DNA of 64,000 nt from the human T2T-CHM13v2.0 reference genome, Homo sapiens: assembly GCF_009914755.1 (NCBI RefSeq), contig NC_060944.1; one strand, 5' to 3'. Positions 57,203 to 64,000 of this stretch are shown here, in pieces; the first letter of the stretch is position 1; each line of letters begins with the position of its first letter. The notes below the pieces were generated by a model. The model saw only the letters and a list, made by a program, of their open reading frames with translations. It searched no databases and was not told where the DNA came from. The position numbers and the translations under genes were made by a program.

Positions 57203-59942
57203 CACTGAAAGAGGAAGGAGGTTGCATAAACACATCAAAGCCATTTCTTTATAAGTGATTTGAGGTCAGTGATTTTTGCTAATACTTGTGGGAGCATAAT
57301 GAAGCAAAAGCATGATTAACTTGCTGATATTCAATGACTCTTCACTGAAGCTCAAGTTTATATGCATTTATGAAAGAGTCATGAACACTTTTCCTTATTT
57401 TATTTTATTTTTATTTTTGCAGACCTCTGGAGAGCAGATTAGGATATCAAAGTGTAACAGAAAGCAGAAAAAAGTTTAACTGAAAGATGAAAAACTTTAG
57501 ATGCATTAGTGCTATGGCAAACAGCCAGATCACTCCAATTATGTCCCTAATTGGGTCCATAAATAATTTATAACCCACCATTTGTGTCTGGGGCAAAGGA
57601 TTTCTAACAGTAAATGCTTAAGTAGTGGTTAGAGGGACCTAATGATTTCCAATTCTGAACTCATCAGAACTCCTCTAGGCTGTGATTCCAACAGCCCTTC
57701 TTGAAGTAATTTGGTGGGGATTACTCAAGTATGGGGAGAAATTGTCTTCAGTGTCTAGGTGAAACAGACTGTCAGAGAAGTAATGAGCTCACCTCCCTTT
57801 GCTGCTAACCTTGCCACTGGCTTTCATTTAAGGTCAAGAGCCAAAGCCATGAAAATCAGAAATAAAAGGGGGAGCAAAGCTTCCAGAGGCCCTATGATTA
57901 GTAGTAGGATTTCTCTCATTTCTTCATGAGAAGCTGGAGGTAATTTCTACTGCCTAAGAGTCTGCACTAATTGTTTTAGGTATTTGTATGTTGCCTGTTA
58001 ATTTTCACAGCTTCTCCACATCTTGTTTTTCTTTTAATGTTTTAGTTGAAGTATAATAACATATATACAGTACAGTGGATGAAGTGCACACATCTTAAGT
58101 ACAGAGCTCAATGAGTGTTTTGCAGATGGGTTTTTTTCACGTAGCTAACACCCAGACTGAGATGTAAAACATTCCATATCCCCCAAAAGGTGCTTCTGTT
58201 CCTTCCCAGGGTGTGTGTCTCTTGGAGGAGAAACCCGGAGGATGAAGCAAAGCCCTTGAGGCTTGGCTACTTTAGGATTCATGTGCTGTCTGCTGCAAGA
58301 AGACATTGAACAAGTGAGAGCAACATCTCAGCATTTCTGAGCAGACCATTTAAAAACTCAAATGCAGCAGAGGGTGCTTGCGAGTGAGATCTGTGTGGGC
58401 CTGCAATAGGAGAAGGTCTTGTTCACTTCCTGCCAAAAGCAGTGAAGGTTTACAGGGCCCCTTCTTCTGTGTCCCCATCCAGGGAAGCCACAGCAGCTCT
58501 ATCCGTGAGCTCCTTCAAAGGTTCTACAATCCCTGGAAGGTACTTGCATGACACAGGACAAGCAACAGACTGAAAGTTTGGTTTGGCCAAGGGACACCTG
58601 GAGGTCATCTGCTATTGGTCACTTCTGAAGAAGAATGAGGCTGAGGCTCCCTCAGAGGGCCTAATTTGTCAAGGCCGGTACCAGCAATGAACATGCCTGG
58701 CCGGGGTGGAAGCCCCAGTTTTCCTTTTACACATAGCTTTTAACCCCCAGGGGAGGGATAGCTGGTAGCTCATACTTGCTGTACATTTATTAAGTGCTGG
58801 GTACTACGATGAACACTTCACATCAATAGTCTCATTAATCTGTAACTTGCATTGACCAATTTCTCCATTTTAGAAATAATGAAACAGAGGGAAAGACACA
58901 GTTAGTAAAAGACGGCCTCAGACTCCAGACCCTGGCAATCCTGTTCCAGGGCCTCTGAGCTTCCCCACACTGCCCCCCACTCCCACTTCCCAGACAGAGC
59001 TTCTGGGGATCCCATGTACACTCAGCACCCGACACTCGCAGTGGCACTGGCCTCTGGGCTGGGAAAAGAAACACAATTCACTCGACTTATGATTTAATTA
59101 AATTTCTGAACCATGGCAGCAGATCTATACTTCATAAATTAAACCCTCATTTCCTAGAGGCAAAAAGTTATGAATTGGTGTTCTGTTCCTGGAAATTCAT
59201 TTTATTTCGTAAAAACCTAAAAGTTGATCATGAAAATAAAACAAGATATACAACACGCACACATATACACACAGAGATTTATTAAGTAGAAAAAAACAAG
59301 TAATATGAAAACCAAATGTTATAAATGTTAAATTGGGTGGACTTTTCTGCAAGGGCTGGATGACTAGAGTGTCTTAAAACATGAGTTAAATGAGATTTAA
59401 ATTGAAAATGCCTTCCACATTTTTGAGTAAAATTTCTAAGGAACAAAAATAGGCAATTTTCATTGTACCAAGGACTTTTGAAGTAAGGTGAAAATCGGGG
59501 GTACTGTTCTAAAAAATGTTCATGGCATGAAGGCACCTGAATCTCTGGGTAGTGTACTACTGCTTTGATCATTTCTTCTGCTCTGTTAAAAGTTGCCAAA
59601 TGACTGTAAGTATGAGTTTGGTCATTACAGTGGGGGTCTTATGATGAGAAAGACTGTCATGATGGAGGGGATAGTTCCTGTGGTGGAAAGTCAGGGATTT
59701 GCCTGACTCTTAGCTCCATGGACACACTCACAAAGCCTCTATGGGCAGCCCCTCTGTCTCCATGCCCTACAGGGCCTCCACCTGGCCACCTCGTTGGGGG
59801 GGTGGGCATGGCACGGGGAAGGCTCTCAGGCAATAGGGCTAGAGGTGAGATAGGAATATACACAGGGTTGACGGCAGAATAATGAAAGGAAATTGAAGGA
59901 GTAATTCCCAACCAATGGCTATCTCATTTTTTATGGATTACC

Positions 59943-60820
59943 TGTGATGGTTAATTTTACGTGTCAACTCGACTGGGTCATGGGATGCCCAGATATTTAG
60001 CCAAACATTATTCTTGGTGTTTCTCTGAGGGTATTTTAGGATGAACTTCACTAAATTGATAGACTGAGTAAAGCAGATTGCCCTCTGATATGGTTTGGCT
60101 GTGTCCCCACCCAAAATCTCATCTTGAATTGTAATCCCCATAATCCCCATATGTCAAGGGACAGACTAGGTGGAGATAATGGAATAATGGGGGCGGTTTC
60201 CCCCATGCTGTTCTCATGATAGTGAGTTCTCACGAGATCTGATGGTTTTATAAGTGTTTGGTAGTTCCTCCTGCATTCATTCTCCTTCCTGCCGCCTTGT
60301 GAAGAAGGTGCCTTGCTTCCCCTTCACCTTCCACCATGATTATAAATTTCCTGAGGCCTCCTCAGCCATGCTGAGCTGTGCATCAATTAAGCCTCTTTCC
60401 TCTATAAATTACACAGTCTTGGGCAGTTCTTCATAGCAGTGTGAACATGGACTAATACACACTCCCTAATATGGGTGGGCCTCATTCAATCAGTTGACGG
60501 CCTGAGTAGGCTCAAAATCCTGACCCTCTCTTGGGTAAAAGGGAACTCCTCCTGCCTGACTGCCTTTGAGTTGGGACATTGGTTTTTTCCCTGCCTTCAA
60601 ACTTGAACAAAAGTATCAACTTTTCCTGGGTCTCAAGCCTGCTGGCCTTTAGTCTCGGACTGGAATGACACCATCAGCTCTCCTGGGTCTCCAGCTTGCT
60701 GACTGCAGATCTTGGAATTTATTAGGATCAATAATTGCATAAGCCAGTTCCTTATACTAAATCTTTTTCTACATATGTATACAGCCTATTAGTTCTGTGT
60801 CTCTGGAGAACCCTAATACA
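59943..60820 (+). mobile_element. MLT2 (MLT2D-like) ERVL LTR split by THE1D
   Basis: tgtgatggttaattttacgtgtcaact ... ctctggagaaccctaataca. Confidence 0.85.
60086..60459 (+). mobile_element. THE1D-like solo LTR, TSD ccctc/cactc
   Basis: tgatatggtttggctgtgtccccaccc ... ggactaataca. Confidence 0.88.
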
Positions 60821-60884
60821 CTGCTTTAAGTAATCAGAACTGAAAAATAATCATTTTAAAGAAGTGATGGCTGCCCTTCTCATA

Positions 60885-61022
60885 GGAATTAACTGGCGAT
60901 CTTGCTAAATGCAGGTCCTGATTCGGCAGGTCCGAGGTGCGGCCTGAGAATCTGCATTTCTAACCAGCTTCAAGGTGATGTCAATGGTGCTGGCCAGTGG
61001 ACCAGCCCTTGAGTAACAAGGG
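60885..61022. mobile_element. MER5A fragment
   Basis: 'gcctgagaatctgcatttctaac...ggtgatg...ctttgagta'-like. Confidence 0.75.
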
Positions 61023-61095
61023 CTTACAGATCAGTAGTCATGGACAAGTTTACTCTACTTTGTGTAGCCTCTGTCCCAGATAATGCTTCCTCTGG

Positions 61096-62424
61096 ACTCC
61101 TATCTAGAAACACTTAATCTTGAGTCATCAGTACTTTTAATCTTGGTAATTTTATATTTGGTTGTATTAATTCATCAATTCAAATTTTAAGACTTCTATG
61201 AATCAAAATAGAATACAGTGTTTAAAAAGAGCTCTACTAAAATCTCAGGCTTGTGCAAGACGCCCTGTTTCCAGACTTTTCTTCAATTCCCCAATCCCTA
61301 GAAATGTCACTCTGACCATTTTCATTTTTTGCTCTTTGACTATACGGTTTTTTGTGACTGATAACAATCTGGGCATCAATTTGCCTCTTCTCTCATTGTT
61401 AATAAAAAAGTAATCCATGCTAGTGATTTTGTGTCATTTCTAATGTACGGGAAATTAGAAATAAATGAATGAGGTGCACAGTGTAGTTCAGATAAAATTC
61501 TCAGGTTGAAAAAACATGCTTATGGAAAATAAATGAATAAATATGATTTGGGCTGGATAGGGTGGTGGAAGATCAATCACGAGCTCACAGCTGGCTGAGA
61601 TGGGACCCCAGAGTTAACAAGCCAGACGTGAGATGCTCGCTGCTCTGATTTCTCATCACAGAAACCTAAGGGAACAGCCACAGGCAGGAACTGACCTGCC
61701 CCTTCCCCAGTCCTGGATACACTCCCACCCCTGATATTTGTAGGGATTAGGGAAAGGATACAAATGGAGGTCCTTGAACCATTTGTCTAAATATTTGAAG
61801 TTATAAATCAAGGTAAAAAAGGTAAATAAAATGTTTTATCTTGTGTCATGACACATATATCTCTATGATCACCTATGAGACCAGGTTCAATGTCAGAATT
61901 CTTGAATTCCTTGGATTTCTGGGCCAGAACTTGGTGGTACCAAGATAGTGACCCATTGCCTGTGGCTCATGCCTACTCACTTTCTCTTCTACTTCCACCC
62001 CTAGCTACATTCTGTACCAAGAGGGACCTTTTTCCCATGGGTCTGGCTACCCCGCCCTGTGGTCCAAAGCCCTTCAAGCAGCATCCCTTGGCTACTCCTC
62101 TAGTTTAGGGGAGTGTACACCTCGGGTATGGTCTGCCCCTTGGGAGGATGGCCCCAGACATGAGGCCCCCAAAACCCACTCCATCTAGAAACACTTAATC
62201 TTAGGTCATCAGTACTTTTAGTCTTAGTAATTTTATATTTGGTCATACTAATGAGTCAATTCAATATTTTGATACTTTTATGAATCAAAATAGAATAAGG
62301 CTTTTAAGAAAGGGCTCTACTAAAATTCTCAGGCTTCTGCAAGATGCCCTTTCTCCAGACCTTTTCACCATTCTTTTATACCCAGAAGTCTCATTCTGTT
62401 CATCTTCATTCTTTGCTCTTTGAC
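61096..62424 (+). repeat. Local direct duplication of ~245 bp (61096-61340 and 62178-62424)
   Basis: Both begin actcc(t)atctagaaacacttaatctt and end tttgctctttgac; colinear, roughly 80% identical by eye. Confidence 0.93.
61755..62170. mobile_element. hAT-Tip100-like DNA transposon remnant
   Basis: 'aaggatacaaatggagg...tgtctaaatattt.aagttataaatcaag...ccaggttcaa'; family name uncertain. Confidence 0.45.
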
Positions 62425-62478
62425 CTGCTCCACCACGGGATCAGGTGGAGCAACAAGGAAGGGAATGTCTATATTATC

Positions 62479-62890
62479 TGTATTAGTTTGTTCTTGCACT
62501 GCTATAAAGAAATACCTGAGACTGGGTAATTTATAAAGACAAGAGTGTGAATTGGCTCACAGTTCTGCAGGCTGTACAGGAAGCATAGCAGCTTCTGCTT
62601 CTGGGGAGGCCTCAGGAAGCTTCCGATCATGGTGGAAGGCAAAGGGGAAGCAGACACGTCTTACATGGCCAGAGCCTGAGAAAAAGGGTGGGGGGAGGTG
62701 CTACACACTTTTAAACAACAAGATCTTGTGAGAACTCACTCACTGTGCAGTACTAGCGGGGAATGGTGCTAAACCATTCATGAGAACTCTGTCCCCGTGA
62801 TCCAATCACCTGTAACCAGTCCCCATATTCAACACTGGGGATTACAATTCAACATGAGATTTGGTGGGGACACAAATTCAAACCGTATCA
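62479..62890 (-). mobile_element. MSTA/B solo LTR
   Basis: tgtattagtttgttcttgcactgctataaagaaatacctgagactggg ... caaaccgtatca. Confidence 0.88.
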
Positions 62891-63654
62891 TCATTAGAAT
62901 GAGTCACGATGAAGTAAGACACCTCCAAGGATCTGGGCTGCAACATCAATTCTCCTGGGACATCCCACAGACCTTGCTCTGTGTGGTAGGATCTGCGCTG
63001 TGAGCTATGTCTGGTCTGTTGGGCAAAATCCATACATGGCTTTTTGATTTACTGTGCTAACATTGGCAATTAGCTCCTCAGAGAAATCACTGCCAAATTT
63101 CTGTGTCATGGATAACAGTGCGAAGGGGGCAGGAGCCTTCCCTGTAATTTGATGCATTTTCTGTTGGAGGGAAGCACAACCGAGTGCAGGCTTCTGCAGT
63201 GGCTGATGGCTTAATTGCCACGTGCATCTTGTGGGGAGTACTTACTTGGTGTCCCTATGCTTGACTCCCTGGCACTGGGAAGCAGCTGACACCTGGAGGG
63301 AGGGTAGGAAGCCAAAGGGCTGGTGGCTGACACCCAACAGTGAAGGAGCTGGAATCACCGTTCTCTCACTCCCATTTAAATCACTTCATTGTTAAGGGCC
63401 ATGCAGTCTGATGACATTTTAGTCACCAGAAACTGTTCCTTAATTATTCAGATACTGTATGCCCAGTATGCAGTGCATTGCCTGGCATAGATCAGGGTCT
63501 CAGCAGTGTCTACCAAGGTCACCCTAGCTCTGGGCTGGCTCTTTGTGAATGGCTGCATGACATTCCTAGTCCACTTTCTCCTCTCCTTCTCCTCACACTT
63601 CCCTCTTTGGTGGATTGTTTAATTGGTCAGCAATTACTCCTTCTGCCCTTCCCA

Positions 63655-63935
63655 TCTATGGTGGAGTGAACTTCCCTTTCCCCCTTATTTTGGGCTTGGG
63701 CTTGTGATTTACTTTGGCCAATGGCACATGAACAGAAAAGATGCAAGCAGAGGTTTTAAGTGTGCCTGGTGTCTTGCTTGGCCTCCTCGGCCCTCTCCTC
63801 TGTCATGAGAAGAACACGTCTCAGATAGCTGCTGGCTCCAGAAGAAGGAGACTTACGGAGCAGGCTTGAATCCCACACATAGCCTGGAGGTAAGCCCAGC
63901 TGAACCCCGCCACACTCTGTCAAATCCAACAGAGT
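63655..63935 (+). mobile_element. MLT1 (H/I/J-like) LTR fragment
   Basis: 'gtgatttactttggccaatgg', 'tgtcatgagaagaacacgtctcagatagc'. Confidence 0.6.
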
Positions 63936-63936
63936 T

Positions 63937-64000
63937 AGCTGGGTGCAGTGGGTCACGCCTGTAATACCAACACTTTGGAAAGCCAAGGCAGACAGATTGC
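63937..64000 (+). mobile_element. Alu 5' end, cut by the window edge
   Basis: gctgggtgcagtgggtcacgcctgtaataccaacactttgg. Confidence 0.85.

Noticed and set aside
57405-57422. Isolated strong splice acceptors (here and at ~43261)
   Set aside because: No paired donor or reading frame that I could support.

Overview
Primate (most likely human) non-coding DNA that is CpG-poor and dominated by repeats. It has no CpG island and no intact protein-coding exon that I can recognise. Well over half is transposon-derived: about 13 Alus, three L1s, many solo LTRs, one complete MaLR (MST) provirus with a perfect 5-bp TSD, hAT/MER DNA elements, and L2/MIR. Two of the L1s are 5'-inverted twin-primed inserts, one carrying young ACG/A 3'UTR diagnostics; the third is a near full-length L1MA. 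ERV1-class LTRs cluster densely at 10.8-17.6 kb. The most interesting non-repeat signal is a heavily decayed, apparently intronless reading frame on the minus strand (~24.8 kb to 23.2 kb, possibly to 22.2 kb), split by an MLT1 LTR. Its translated pieces reproduce, in order and with matching spacing, the motifs of the atlastin (GB1/RHD3 dynamin-like) GTPase fold, so it is a candidate fossil of a lost atlastin-like gene. Other oddities: a nested ~570-bp palindrome with an all-A/T core and a 27-bp copy of it 1.1 kb away, a fold-back insertion in the MST internal region that contains a perfect CTCF core, a tailless U1 retro-fragment with TSD, and an old 245-bp local duplication. Repeat subfamily names and the atlastin comparison come from recalled consensus sequences, not from a search.
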